The notes under the pieces were generated by a model. The model had not been told where the DNA came from. It was given only the letters and a program-made list of their open reading frames with translations, and did not search any database. The translations under genes and the position numbers were made by a program. From the NCBI GenBank assembly GCA_963836835.1, contig CAWILE010000009.1:133536-197535 (forward strand): a DNA stretch of 64,000 nt. The letters are read 5' to 3'. This DNA is from an uncultured Acidobacteriaceae bacterium. GTDB lineage: Bacteria; Acidobacteriota; Terriglobia; Terriglobales; Acidobacteriaceae. Within the stretch, counting starts at the first letter, position 1. Each line of letters opens with the position of its first letter. This document shows positions 49,747 to 60,762 of this stretch, one piece after another.

Positions 49747-52700
49747 ATGCCGCGTCACACACGAGATTTTCAGTTCCTCTCCCGCCGGTCGCTCCTGAAA
49801 GGCCTCGGGACCGTGCCCCTCCTGCTCCGGAGCTCTCCGTTGCACGGGTACTCGTTCCTCTTTGGAGCACCCGAGCTTTCCCCCGATGCTGATCTTCCGC
49901 TGCACCTTTCCGATGTTCGGCTGGTTCCGCACTACCCGAAGAAGTCCGACCTGGAAGAAGTGCTGCGGCTGGTCCCGCCCGGCTCCGATGAATATGTAAC
50001 GGAAGAATATGCGTTTGCGATCCAGGCCGTGCTCGACGGCTGGAGCGGTGCCCTGCGCGCATCGGCGCGCAACCAGGCGACGTTGGCCGCGATGTTGGGC
50101 CCGGCGATCCAAGCCGCTTCTCTCGAGGCTGCGGACACGACCGTGCGCAACAGCCAAGGCCTGCAGATTGTAAGAAGGACATTCGCCGGCGCTCCCAGCG
50201 AGAGCCGTGACGGCTTTCTTCGCGGGATTGATCGCTGGCTGGCCGACCTCGCGCGGATAGAAGTGGCGGAGTTTCAGATCACTGCTCTGGAACAGACCTC
50301 CACCGCGCCTCTCATGGCACACATCGAGATTCGCTATGACCTGGTAGGCGTTCGCGCAGACCAGAGGCGCGAGGAGCGCGTAGGCACGTGGCGCACGCAG
50401 TGGACGCACGACAACGCCGCTGGATGGAAGGTCAGCCGATGGGAGGCCGTTGGTGAGACGGTAAGCCGTGCCCATGGCGGCTTTGCGGATGTGAGCCGCC
50501 ATGCGCTCGGTAGCGTGGATTCTTACAACAGCCAGATGCTGCATGGTTCCGACTATTGGCGCACCGTGCTGGATGGCGCCTGCGGCGTGGACGTTTACGG
50601 TAATAACGGCATCGCGGCCGGCGACTTCGATAACGATGGCTTCGACGATCTATACGTCTGCCAGCCTGCCGGGTTGCCGAACCGGCTCTATCGCAATCGC
50701 GGCGATGGAACGTTCGAGGATGTGACGGACAAGGCCGGCGTCGGCAGTGCTGGACGACACAGCATGCGCGTTGTTTGCCGATTTCCGCAATACCGGCTTG
50801 CAGGATCTGCTCGTCGTTTGCGGGTCGGGTCCGCTCTTGTTTCTGAACCAGGGAGACGGCACTTTTCGCCATCAAACGCGATGCATTCCAGTTCGCGCGC
50901 GCTGCCGGAAGGCACGTTCACCCACGCCGCAGTTGCCGACTACGATCGAGACGGCAGGCTCGACATCTACTTCTGCCTGTACAGCTACTATCTGGGCCTC
51001 GACCAGTATCACTATCCGGTACCCTACTTCGACGCACGCAATGGCCCGCCGAACTTTCTGTTTCACAACGAAGGGCGATGGTAAGTTCGTCGACCGGACC
51101 GAAGCCGCAGGCCTGAACGCCGAGAACGACCGCTACAGCTTTGCCTGCGCGTGGGGCTCATCCGGACCGGGAGGCCTTGCCTGACCTGTACGTTGCCAAC
51201 GACTTCGGCCGCGCGCATCTCTATCGCAACAATGGCGATGGCACATTCACCGCCGTTTCCAGCGAGGCGCAGGTGCAGAAAGCGGGCGCTGGCATGAGCG
51301 CCGCTTGGTGCGATTTCGATAACGACGGCCGCCAGGACATCTACGCCGCGAACATGTGGTCGGCGGCGGGACAGCGCGTGTCAGGGCAGAAAATGTTTCA
51401 CGAGAAGGCCGGCGAGGAGATTCGTGGTCTCTATCGTCGGCATGCTCGCGGCAATTCGCTGTACCGGAATCTTGGCGATGGCAGGTTCGAGGAGATTGGC
51501 GGACGCGCCGGCGTGGCGATGGGCCGCTGGTCCTGGTCGTCAGATTTCTGGGACTTCGATCACGACGGCTATCCCGATCTGTACGTCGCTAATGGATACA
51601 TTTCCGCGCCGGACAAGAGTGGCGATCTTTCCAGCTTCTTCTGGCGCCAGGTCGTGGGCAACTCTCCCGACGATGCCACACCGACGCCAGCGTACGAGCA
51701 TGGATGGCAGGCGATCAACGAGCTGATCCGCTCCGATCGCGACCTGGAACGGCTACGAGCGGAATGTGATGTTCGCCAACAATCGTGACGGGACATTTGC
51801 GGAAGTCTCCGGGGCGGTCGGGCTCGATTTTACGGAGGACGGGCGCGCCTTTGCTCTAGCCGACATCGACCATGATGGACGCCTCGAAGTGGTGCTGAAG
51901 AACCGGAATGCGCCGCAGCTTCGTATTCTGCATAACAACATGCCGGAGCTTGGGCGCTCGATTGCCTTCAGGTTGAGCGGGCGGCAGAGCAATCGCGATG
52001 GCATCGGGGCTGCCGTTACCGTAGAGGCCGGCGAGCTGCGCCAGACAAAGTGTCTGCAGGCGGGCTCGGGCTTTCTGTCACAGCACTCGAAAGAGCTCTT
52101 CTTCGGCCTGGGTGCCTTTCAGGGAACCGTACGCGCGACGATTCACTGGCCGAGCGGGACGACGCAGACGTTCGACGCTCTGCCGGTGGACCAGCGCATT
52201 CAGGTGGAGGAAGGCTCGTCAGCCTTTGTTGCAAAGCCCTTTGCCGCAACTCCCGCCGCATATGCGCAGCCCGGGCCCGCGCCGCAAGTCGAGGCGCTGC
52301 CCACGAAAGTGGCCACGTGGCTGATGCAGCCCCTGCATGCACCGGAGTTCTCGCTGCCGGACGCGGCCGGCACAACCCGCGCGCTGAAGGACTATCGTGG
52401 CAGACCTGTGCTGCTCACCTTCTGGTCCACGGCGGCAGCATCCTCAACGGAACAGTTGAGTCTGCTTGCGCACGGTTATCCGGCATTCACGGCCGCGCAG
52501 GCGGAGATTCTGGCGATCTGCGTTGATGCGGCAACCGATGCAGCAGCCGCGCGCGCCTACACCGCAAAACAGGCGATTCCATTCCCGGTGTTTTTTGCAA
52601 CCGAGGATGTAGCGGGAATCTATAACATCATCTATCGCTATCTCTTCGACCGGCGGCGTGATCTTGGCATCCCTTCATCGTTTCTGGTGGACCGCGAAGG

Positions 52701-53595
52701 CATGATCGTGAGGATGTACCAGGGCCAGTCCCAGCCCGATAACATCCTTGACGATGTGAAAATAATCCCGTCGAACGAGGCAGAACGCTTCGGTCGTGCG
52801 CTGCCATTTGCCGGAACGCACTATCGTGGCTCCTTCCAGCGCAACGATTTCACCTACGGCGTGGCCATGTTCCAGCACGGCTATCTGGATGAGGCCGCGG
52901 CTTCCTTCCGTCAGGTGATAGGAGCCAAACCTGAGTACGCGGAGGGCTATTACAACCTGGGCACGCTCAGCCTGCAGCGCAATGATTATGCCCACGCGCG
53001 CCAGTATCTGGAGCAGGCTTTGAAGCTGAAACCGAATTATCCCGAGGCATGGAACAACCTGGGCATGATGGCTGCGCAGGAAGGCCGGACCGATGAGGCG
53101 GTGCAGGACTTTCAGCAGTCGGTCGCGCTGCGACCGGACTATGCCACGGCGCTGCTGAATCTGGGGAATGTCTATCGGCGGCAGGGTGATGACGAAAAAG
53201 CGCAGGACAGCTTGACGCGCGCGCTGGCGTTGCAACCGGACGATCCCGAAACGAACTACAGCGTCGGGATGTTTTACGCGCAGCAGAGCGATCTTGAGCA
53301 GGCCGCTCAGTTTCTGCAGAAGGCCGCCGCGCTTCGGCCGGACTATTCCGAAGCGATAAACAACCTCGGAGTTCTGTACGTTCGCGAACAGGATCTTACA
53401 AAGGCGGAAGAGCAGTTCCGCGCCTGTATTCGGGTGACTCCGAATTTCGATCAGGCCTATCTCAACCTTGCCCGCCTTTACGCAATGCAGGGCGGCCGGC
53501 AGAAGGCGATCGATGTGCTGCAGCAACTGCTGCGAGTACAGCCTGACAACGCCAACGCCCGCGAGGCTATAGAGTCGTTGAGCGCGCCGCAGTGA
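49747..53595 (+). CDS. Tat-signal FG-GAP/CRTAC-ASPIC/UnbV-redoxin-TPR fusion (about 1280 aa), broken by six apparent +1 insertions
   Basis: SRRSLLK Tat; DFDNDG and DYDRDG repeats; [19 protein letters not shown] region; APEFSL..VLLTFW redoxin fold; C-terminal TPRs. Reading continues across frames at about 50746, 50866, 50900, 51074, 51175 and 51738. Confidence 0.8.
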
Positions 53596-53617
53596 AAACT
53601 ATAATCGCACTCATTCT

Positions 53618-55399
53618 ATGATTTGGCCCCGGCGGCGCTTTCTCGGCTCATCCTTGTTCATGCTCAGCGGCTCCCTGATGGAGGCGTTGGCCACGCCGCT
53701 GTGGCGATGGAAAGATCCCGCGCTGCTCGCGGCTGCGACCGGCAAACCGGCGGCGGCTTCTCCGGTGCAGTTTGTGGATGTGGCGCAGCAGGAGGGTTTG
53801 ACAACACCGAATGTCTGGGGCGGCGTCGATCACAAGCACTCGATCATTGAGGCGAAGGGCAGTGGTCTCGCGTTTTTCGATTACGACAACGACGGCTGGC
53901 TCGACATCTATCTGACAAACGGCGACCGGCTGGATGCGCATTGGCCTGCCGGGCAGGCGCCGACCTCGCATCTTTACAAAAACAATCGCGACGGCACGTT
54001 TACCGATGTGACGGCAAAGTCCGGCCTGGCACAGACCGGGTGGCAGACCGGCGTCTGCATCGGCGATTACAACAACGACGGCTGGGACGACCTGTTCTGC
54101 TGCTTCTGGGGACACAACATCCTCTTCCGCAACAACGGCGATGGCACATTTACCGACGTCACCGAGAAGGCGGGACTCCACCAGAAGGAGGTGCGCTGGG
54201 GCGCGGGCTGCACCTTTCTCGATTACGACCGCGACGGCTTTCTGGACCTGTTCGTATGCAATTACGTCAAGCTCGATCCGGAGAAGATTCCCTCTGCCGA
54301 TGCGACGCACTATTGCCAGTGGAAGGGCGTGCCCATCATGTGCGGCCCGCGCGGGCTGCCGGCGGACACGAACATCCTTTACCACAACAATGGTGACGGC
54401 ACCTTTACCGACGTGTCGGAGAAGGCGGGCATTCTCAAGACCGGTCCGCGCTACTCGATCACCGCGGTCTCCTACGACTTCAACAACGATGGCTGGCCGG
54501 ACATCTATATCGCGGTGGATTCCATGCCTGGCATCCTCTTTCAGAACAACCACAATGGCACCTTCACCGATGTCGCCGTGATGGCGAACTGCGCCTACAG
54601 TGAGAGCGGCCACGAGCAGGCCGGCATGGGCATTGCGGTAGCGGACTATGACTGTGACGGCTGGTTCGACATCTTCAAGACAAACTTCGCCGACGACACC
54701 TGCAACCTGTACCACAACAACGGCGACGGCACGTTTACCGACGTCACCTTCCCGGCGGGCATCGGCGTGAACAGCCGGTATGTCGCCTGGGGGTGCGGAT
54801 TCGTCGACTACGACAACGACGGCTGGCCGGATATTCTGCAGGTGAACGGGCACGTGTATCCGGAGATCGACAAGTACGACTTCGACCAGAAATTCAAGAA
54901 CCCTCGGCTGGTTTATAGGAATCTGGGCGATGGACGCTTCAAGGATGTTTCCGCGGAAATGGGGCCTGGCATCAGCGAGCATTTCTCCAGCCGCGGCGCC
55001 GCTTTTGGCGACTACGACAACGACGGCGACATTGATGCACTGGTGCTGAACATGAACGACCTGCCCTCCCTGCTGCGCAACGATGGCGGCAACCGGCAGA
55101 ACTGGATCAAGCTGAAGCTGGTGGGCACGAAATGTAACCGCACTGCGATCGGCGCGCGTGTGCGCGTCATCACCGGCAAGCACGTCCAGATGAATGAGGT
55201 GCACAGCGCCGCGAGCGTGATGTCGCAGAGCGATCTGCGGCTGCACTTCGGCCTCGGAAAATCGGAAACCGTGGACACGATTGAGGTACGGTGGCCGACC
55301 ACCCAGAAGATCGAGCGCTTCACGCGGGTAAAGGCGAATCAGATCCTGACGATCCGTGAAGGTAGCGGCATCGTAAGCACATTGCGGCCGGCGAAGTAG
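53618..55399 (+). CDS. CRTAC1-family ASPIC/UnbV protein with Tat signal
   Basis: RRRFL; repeated DYDNDG and [10 protein letters not shown]; NRTAIGARV, SQSDLRLHFGLG. Confidence 0.9.
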   Translation: MIWPRRRFLGSSLFMLSGSLMEALATPLWRWKDPALLAAATGKPAAASPVQFVDVAQQEGLTTPNVWGGVDHKHSIIEAKGSGLAFFDYDNDGWLDIYLTNGDRLDAHWPAGQAPTSHLYKNNRDGTFTDVTAKSGLAQTGWQTGVCIGDYNNDGWDDLFCCFWGHNILFRNNGDGTFTDVTEKAGLHQKEVRWGAGCTFLDYDRDGFLDLFVCNYVKLDPEKIPSADATHYCQWKGVPIMCGPRGLPADTNILYHNNGDGTFTDVSEKAGILKTGPRYSITAVSYDFNNDGWPDIYIAVDSMPGILFQNNHNGTFTDVAVMANCAYSESGHEQAGMGIAVADYDCDGWFDIFKTNFADDTCNLYHNNGDGTFTDVTFPAGIGVNSRYVAWGCGFVDYDNDGWPDILQVNGHVYPEIDKYDFDQKFKNPRLVYRNLGDGRFKDVSAEMGPGISEHFSSRGAAFGDYDNDGDIDALVLNMNDLPSLLRNDGGNRQNWIKLKLVGTKCNRTAIGARVRVITGKHVQMNEVHSAASVMSQSDLRLHFGLGKSETVDTIEVRWPTTQKIERFTRVKANQILTIREGSGIVSTLRPAK

Positions 55400-55404
55400 C
55401 CGCC

Positions 55405-57003
55405 TTACTGCACGGTTGTGTGGGAGGGCTGACCTTCCACCACTACGAACTGCTTCACATCGCGCCGCTCCTGCTCCACAGCCGCGGCCTGCTGCTTCTG
55501 AAGCTGATCATGAAGCTGGAATTCGCGCTGCGCCTTGTCGCGCTCGCCCGCGCGGTCATAAGCTACGCCGAGCCGGTAGTGCGCCTCACTCAATTGCGGG
55601 TTCGCGTCAATCGCTTTTGTGTAGAGCTCAATGGCCTTCGCATCGTCATGATGCGAAGCAGCGAGCACGCCGAGCTGCAGATAGCCATCGGAGCACTTCT
55701 GATCGAGCGTGACTGCTTTGTTAAGCAGGGTTTCCACCTGCAGCATCGCGCTCTTATCTCTGGAGAGCTGCTGCCGCTTCCAGAGCGCCATGGCATAGAA
55801 ATAATTGGCCAGTGAGTCGTCGGGCTTCACGCGCACAAACCGCGCCAGGCGGTCTTCCACGCAGGGCAGCGGCGACGGCGCGGCCATCTCGATCTTGCCC
55901 ATGAAGAGATATGGCTCTTTGTTCGACGGAGCCAGGTCGGAGGCCTCGCACACGCGGCGCGCGGCCTCTTCGTACTCAGCTCCTGCAAAGAGCGCCGTGC
56001 CCAGCCCGGTGAGCAACGGGACCGATCGCGGGTGCGCCTCGACGCCGCTGCGGAAGACCTTCGTGGCCTGCCACACCGCGCGATGCAGCAGCAATTCCGA
56101 TCCCCACGCTAAGTAGTTTTCTTCACTCGGATCCAGCGCAGCGGCGCGTTGATATTCGTGCACCGCGGCCAGGGGATCGCCGAGTTTTTCATCGAGGTCG
56201 CCCGCCATACGATACAGATCGGCGCTTGGGTCGTGCTGGAGCAGCTTCTGAACGTGTTCCTGTGACTGCTTCAGATCGCCCGTCGCTTCGAGCGCTCGGG
56301 CGAGGTCGCGCTCGTTCGTGCCGTCGGCGGGATTGAGCCGGTAGGCCGCTTCGAGCAGCGGGAGTGCATCGTTATCCCGGCCTGAGTGAAGATAGAAGGC
56401 GCCCAGTTGCCGGTTCGCATCGAAGCTTCCTGCGTTTTCGGCGAGAGCTGCACGCAGTCGCTTTTCCGTGGCTGCGTCACTAGCGGTGGTTGGTTTCGCA
56501 TCCGGTTGGCGCGCCTTTAGAGCCAGTGTCTCCCGCGCTAGATCCTCGCTGGTGCGAAGGATGGAATCGGAGCCGTGGCCGCCCACCGCCGTCCAGTCAG
56601 TGACGCCGGCAACCGTGAAGTTCGGATCGTCGGAGAAACTCATGGCCTCGCCTGCGGAAGATGCCGCGAGCCTCAGGTCGATCTGACGGTGCTCTCCGGA
56701 TACAAGCTCGATGGCGGAAACCGTCCGGGTCTGCAAACCGGTTTTTTCTGCGCGCAGCGAGTAGCTGCCGGGCGGAAGTGACGCATACTCGAATGCGCCC
56801 GTCCCATCGGTGTGAGTTGTGCGCGGGGTGGACTCGCTCGTCTTCCTGAGCGTCATCGATGCGTTGGCCACCGGTTTGCCCGCCGCATCACGAACGTTCC
56901 CTATGACAACGGCGGTTTGTGCGCCGGCCGGCGGCAGCATACAAAACGCAGCACATACCAGCGCCGCAAGCGAACCTGGAATGCGCGGTATGCGGCTATT
57001 CAC
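55405..57003 (-). CDS. Exported carboxypeptidase-regulatory-domain plus TPR protein
   Basis: GNVRDAAGKPVANA..LPPGSY, then TPRs; start uncertain (57003-57084). Confidence 0.82.
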   Translation of the reverse strand: MNSRIPRIPGSLAALVCAAFCMLPPAGAQTAVVIGNVRDAAGKPVANASMTLRKTSESTPRTTHTDGTGAFEYASLPPGSYSLRAEKTGLQTRTVSAIELVSGEHRQIDLRLAASSAGEAMSFSDDPNFTVAGVTDWTAVGGHGSDSILRTSEDLARETLALKARQPDAKPTTASDAATEKRLRAALAENAGSFDANRQLGAFYLHSGRDNDALPLLEAAYRLNPADGTNERDLARALEATGDLKQSQEHVQKLLQHDPSADLYRMAGDLDEKLGDPLAAVHEYQRAAALDPSEENYLAWGSELLLHRAVWQATKVFRSGVEAHPRSVPLLTGLGTALFAGAEYEEAARRVCEASDLAPSNKEPYLFMGKIEMAAPSPLPCVEDRLARFVRVKPDDSLANYFYAMALWKRQQLSRDKSAMLQVETLLNKAVTLDQKCSDGYLQLGVLAASHHDDAKAIELYTKAIDANPQLSEAHYRLGVAYDRAGERDKAQREFQLHDQLQKQQAAAVEQERRDVKQFVVVEGQPSHTTVQ

Positions 57004-57069
57004 GACGAGATGCACACCTGTCACAATGCGGATTTTACTCGTGGAGACAGCGCAGGAAGACAGGCCGGG

Positions 57070-57083
57070 GGAAAGCGCTTGCA
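57070..57083. promoter_or_regulatory. Possible LacI-type operator upstream of the GH2 gene
   Basis: GGAAAGCGCTTGCA with central AAGCGCTT palindrome in the divergent intergenic gap. Confidence 0.4.
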
Positions 57084-57124
57084 TGTATGCTGGACTTCTT
57101 CATACAGCCGAGAGGGAGTTTTTC

Positions 57125-59467
57125 ATGGATCGGAGAGATTTCATCAAGAGCACCGGGACGCTCATTGCCGGTGCAACGCTTGCGCCCGGTTCACTTGCTG
57201 CCGCGGAGCAGTCTGCGGCAGCCGCTGATGGCGGCCGCCAGATGCTGCCAATGAATCGCGGCTGGCTGTACAGCCGCACCGCCGATGATGCGGCGACGGC
57301 ACCCGGCTTCAGCGATGCCGGTTTTGAGCACGTCGTGGTTCCCCACACCAATATCAAGCTCCCGTGGCACAGCTTCACCGAGCACGACTACACCTTTGTC
57401 TCTACCTATCGTCGCCACTTCAAGCTGCCCGAGTCAGCCATGGGCAAGCGCGTTTTTGTCGACTTCGAAGGCGTGATGACTGCTTCCACCGTCTACCTGA
57501 ATGGCCACAAGCTCGGTGAATACAAGGGCGGATACACACCCTTCAGCTTCGAGCTCACCGCAGGGCCAATCCTCAACCCTGGCGGCGACAACGTCCTCGC
57601 TGTCCAGGTGGACTCGACTGAGCGCGCCGACATCCCTCCCTTCGGCGACGAGGTCGACTACCTGACCTTCGGCGGCATCTACCGCGAAGTCGCGTTGCGC
57701 ATCGTGCCCGAGACGTTTCTCGAGAATGTTTTCGCCGCCCCGAAGAACGTATCGACCAAACCTGCCGTGGATGTGAAGTGCTATCTGGATCACCCGGCAC
57801 AGGCAAGCCACGATCACTACTCATTGACCGCCGAGGTGCTGGACGGCGATCGCGTCATCGGCAAAGGCACGAAGCAAATTCCAGCGGCAAGCCTGGCGAA
57901 GGGCGAATTGGAGCACGCCATCGAAATCCCCGAGCTCGAGAAGATTGAGCTTTGGGATCTGAACCATCCGCGCCTGTACCACGTGCGCGTGCGCCTGCTG
58001 CAGGGCCGCGATGTCATCGACGAGCAGACACGGCCGCATCGGTTTCCGCGAAGCCACGTTCACCGACCACGGCTTTTCGCTCAACGGCAAGATCATCAAG
58101 CTGCGCGGCCTCGATCGCCACCAGACATTTCCCTACGTCGGCCAGGCGATGCCCGGCCGCGTGCAGCGCCGCGATGCCGACATCCTCCGCAGGAACTTCA
58201 AGTGCAACATCGTGCGCACGTCGCATTATCCGCAGTCGCGGCACTTCCTCGATCGCTGCGACGAGATTGGCCTGCTGGTGCTCGAAGAGATCCCCGGCTG
58301 GCAGCACATCGGCGATAAGGCGTGGCAGGATATCTCGGTCGACAACGTCGGCCGGATGGTCCGCCGCGACTGGAATCATCCCTCGATCGTGCTGTGGGGC
58401 GTGCGCATCAACGAATCGCGGGACAACCACGACTTCTACACCCGCACCAATGCGTTTGCGCACAAGCTCGATCCTACGCGGCAGACCGGCGGCATCCGTT
58501 ACTTCCAGGAATCCGAGTTCCTCGAAGACGTCTTCACCATGAACGATTTCGGCTGGCCGCTGGGGCAGCCGAACCACCCGCGCTATCTCAACACCGAATT
58601 CGTCGGCCACACCTACCCCTGCAAAACCTCGACAACATGGAGCGGCTGCGCGAGCACACCATTCGCCACGCGCGCGTGCACGACAAGCTCGCCTCCGACC
58701 CGCAATACGCCGGCGGCATCGGCTGGTGCGCCTTCGACTACAACACTCACGCGAACTTCGGCTCCGGCGATCGCATCTGCTATCACGGCGTTGCGGACAT
58801 CTTCCGCGAGCCCAAGCCGGCCGCGCTCTTCTATAAGTCGCAGTGCGATCCCGCGGAAGAGATCGTGCTCGAGCCCGCATTTCACTGGGCGCGCAACGAC
58901 GAGTCCGTCGGCTTCACCAAGGGCCTCATCTGCTCGAACTGCGATCACGTGAAGATCTACACCATCACGGCGACGGGCGATCACCTGCTGGCCGAGGCTG
59001 ACCCGGACCGCACGCAGTTCCATCACCTGAAGTACGCGCCCTTCGATGTGGACTTCGGCGAGAAGATCCGTGAGAACTGGGGGGATCTGCGCATCGATGG
59101 ATACATCAACGGCAAACAGGTGATCTCGAAACGCTACTCCGGGGACGGCGCGGACCACCAGTTCGTCATGCTGCCGGACGATACGGAGCTGATCGCGGAC
59201 GGCGCCGACACCACTCGCGTGGTGCTGCGCATGAACGACGCCTTTGGCGCAATCCGCCCGTTCGCCAGCGACGCCTTTGCTCTGGAGCTGGAAGGCCCGG
59301 CGACGCTCATCGGTGACAATCCAGCAACGCTTATCGGCGGTGCGGTCGCAGTATGGGTTCGCGCCGGCGAGCAGCAGGGAACCGTCACGCTGCGGGCGAA
59401 GCATCCGCGGCATGGCACCAAGGAAGTTCGCTTCGCGCTGAAGCCTGCTGAGCCGGAGCAGGTGTGA
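57125..59467 (+). CDS. Tat-exported GH2 beta-galactosidase-like glycosidase (about 780 aa), two compensating frameshifts
   Basis: MDRRDFIK, FEGVM, GGIYR, GLDRHQ, RTSHYP, RINES, LNTEF; +1 near 58034 and -1 near 58628. Confidence 0.85.
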
Positions 59468-59761
59468 GTCGTGCCGTCACCCTTCGGATCACCTTCCCCA
59501 TTATGTTGAGCATGGGTCCTGCCACCCATAATGTGAGCTAGGAATATGAGCGAACCCTGTCTTATTCACGGATCGCCTTGGATAAAGTTGGAGAAGGGCT
59601 AGCTCTGGAACCTCGAAAGTATTTGCACACGAAGCGCGACGGCGGCGAAACCGGCCAGTAGCGCCAGTTGCGTGAGGATGACACGTCCATAAAGGACCTG
59701 AGGTCCGGCATCCCACACGAAGTCGTAGATCCTTCTTAGCCCCGAGGCATGAGCCTGGCGG

Positions 59762-60106
59762 CTAGACGCTCGCTTCAGCGTCCGCTGTGGTCGAGTAATT
59801 CTTCAGGACCAGGTGGACCTTTGTCATCTCCAGCAGCGCGTTCACCCGCATGTTTGCTCCGGCCAGCACCAGCTTGCGCCCATTCTTCCGCGCGTGCACA
59901 TAGGCGTTCATCAGCGAGCCAAGTCCGGCGGAATCGATATACGGCGATTGCGCGAGATCGATGATGAGCAGTTGCGGCTGGTGCCGAGCGACCTCTTCCT
60001 GAAACACAAAGATATTCGGCAGCGTCAGCGGCCCATTCACCGCAAGGACCAGCACACCTTCGCTTTTGCCATCGCTTGCCATCACGGTCAGTGGTGCGTC
60101 GCGCAT
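59762..60106 (-). CDS. STAS-domain anti-sigma-factor antagonist
   Basis: IIDLAQSPYIDSAGLGSL; 114 aa. Confidence 0.85.
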   Translation of the reverse strand: MRDAPLTVMASDGKSEGVLVLAVNGPLTLPNIFVFQEEVARHQPQLLIIDLAQSPYIDSAGLGSLMNAYVHARKNGRKLVLAGANMRVNALLEMTKVHLVLKNYSTTADAEASV

Positions 60107-60149
60107 GCCGACGAGTGTATGGAGCCTTTGGTTACGGGGCGATGAATTC

Positions 60150-60731
60150 TTACTGCAGCTTCGACAGATCGGCCAGCGTGTCGATATCGATGTTGCCTCC
60201 GGGCAGCGGTATGGTCTGGAGTGACCCGGCATAACGGGCGAGCAAAGGCCCAGCGCCGCGGTCCCCGCGCAGATCGCGCAACTCGGCAAAATGGCTGGCC
60301 GCAAAGAGGGCTGGAACGCCGTGAATCCCTCCATACTCGGAAGCAACGATGCTCCTGTGGGTCTTGCGCCACGAGGTGACGAGCATGCGAAGGTGGCGGG
60401 CGGTCACGGCGGGCTGGTCGCAGACGGTGACGACGATGGCTTCGCAGTCGCCCGCCGCCTCCAGCCCAGCCAGCAATGAGCTCGCCATGCCGGATGCGGC
60501 CTCCTGGTTACGCACCACGCGCACAGGCAGACCATGAAGCAGGCGGTTATGCCCAGCCGCGTTCGGCCCGAGCACGACGATCGGCATGTCAAATCCGGCA
60601 TCGAGCAAGGTGCTTGCGGCGCGGGTCAGCATGGGAACTCCTCCCACGAGCGCAGATTGCTTATCCGCACCAAAGCGCTGGCTGCTGCCCGCCGCAAGCA
60701 GGATGCCAGCCACGTTATCCATCACGTCCAT
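60150..60731 (-). CDS. MocA-like molybdenum cofactor nucleotidyltransferase
   Basis: ILLAAGSSQRFG, GMASSL, CDQP, GDRGA, DIDT. Confidence 0.85.
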   Translation of the reverse strand: MDVMDNVAGILLAAGSSQRFGADKQSALVGGVPMLTRAASTLLDAGFDMPIVVLGPNAAGHNRLLHGLPVRVVRNQEAASGMASSLLAGLEAAGDCEAIVVTVCDQPAVTARHLRMLVTSWRKTHRSIVASEYGGIHGVPALFAASHFAELRDLRGDRGAGPLLARYAGSLQTIPLPGGNIDIDTLADLSKLQ

Positions 60732-60762
60732 ATCGAAACAGTAGCAGGCGTAGACTGAAGCC

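Noticed and set aside
49669-50544. 291-aa minus-strand ORF as the local regulator
   Set aside because: Antisense to the CRTAC fusion and has no HTH motif.
50740-51745. Programmed frameshifting or phase variation in the CRTAC fusion
   Set aside because: Six scattered +1 events with no slippery heptamers or long homopolymers; sequencing error is the simpler explanation.
53860-55030. Recurring gactacgacaacgacggc / aacaacggcgacggcac as a DNA repeat array or CRISPR
   Set aside because: Irregularly spaced, in-frame and degenerate; they encode FG-GAP protein repeats.
53648-55246. 532-aa antisense ORF (similarly 4811-6079, 16065-17693, 732-1928)
   Set aside because: Antisense shadows of high-GC genes with no recognisable motifs.
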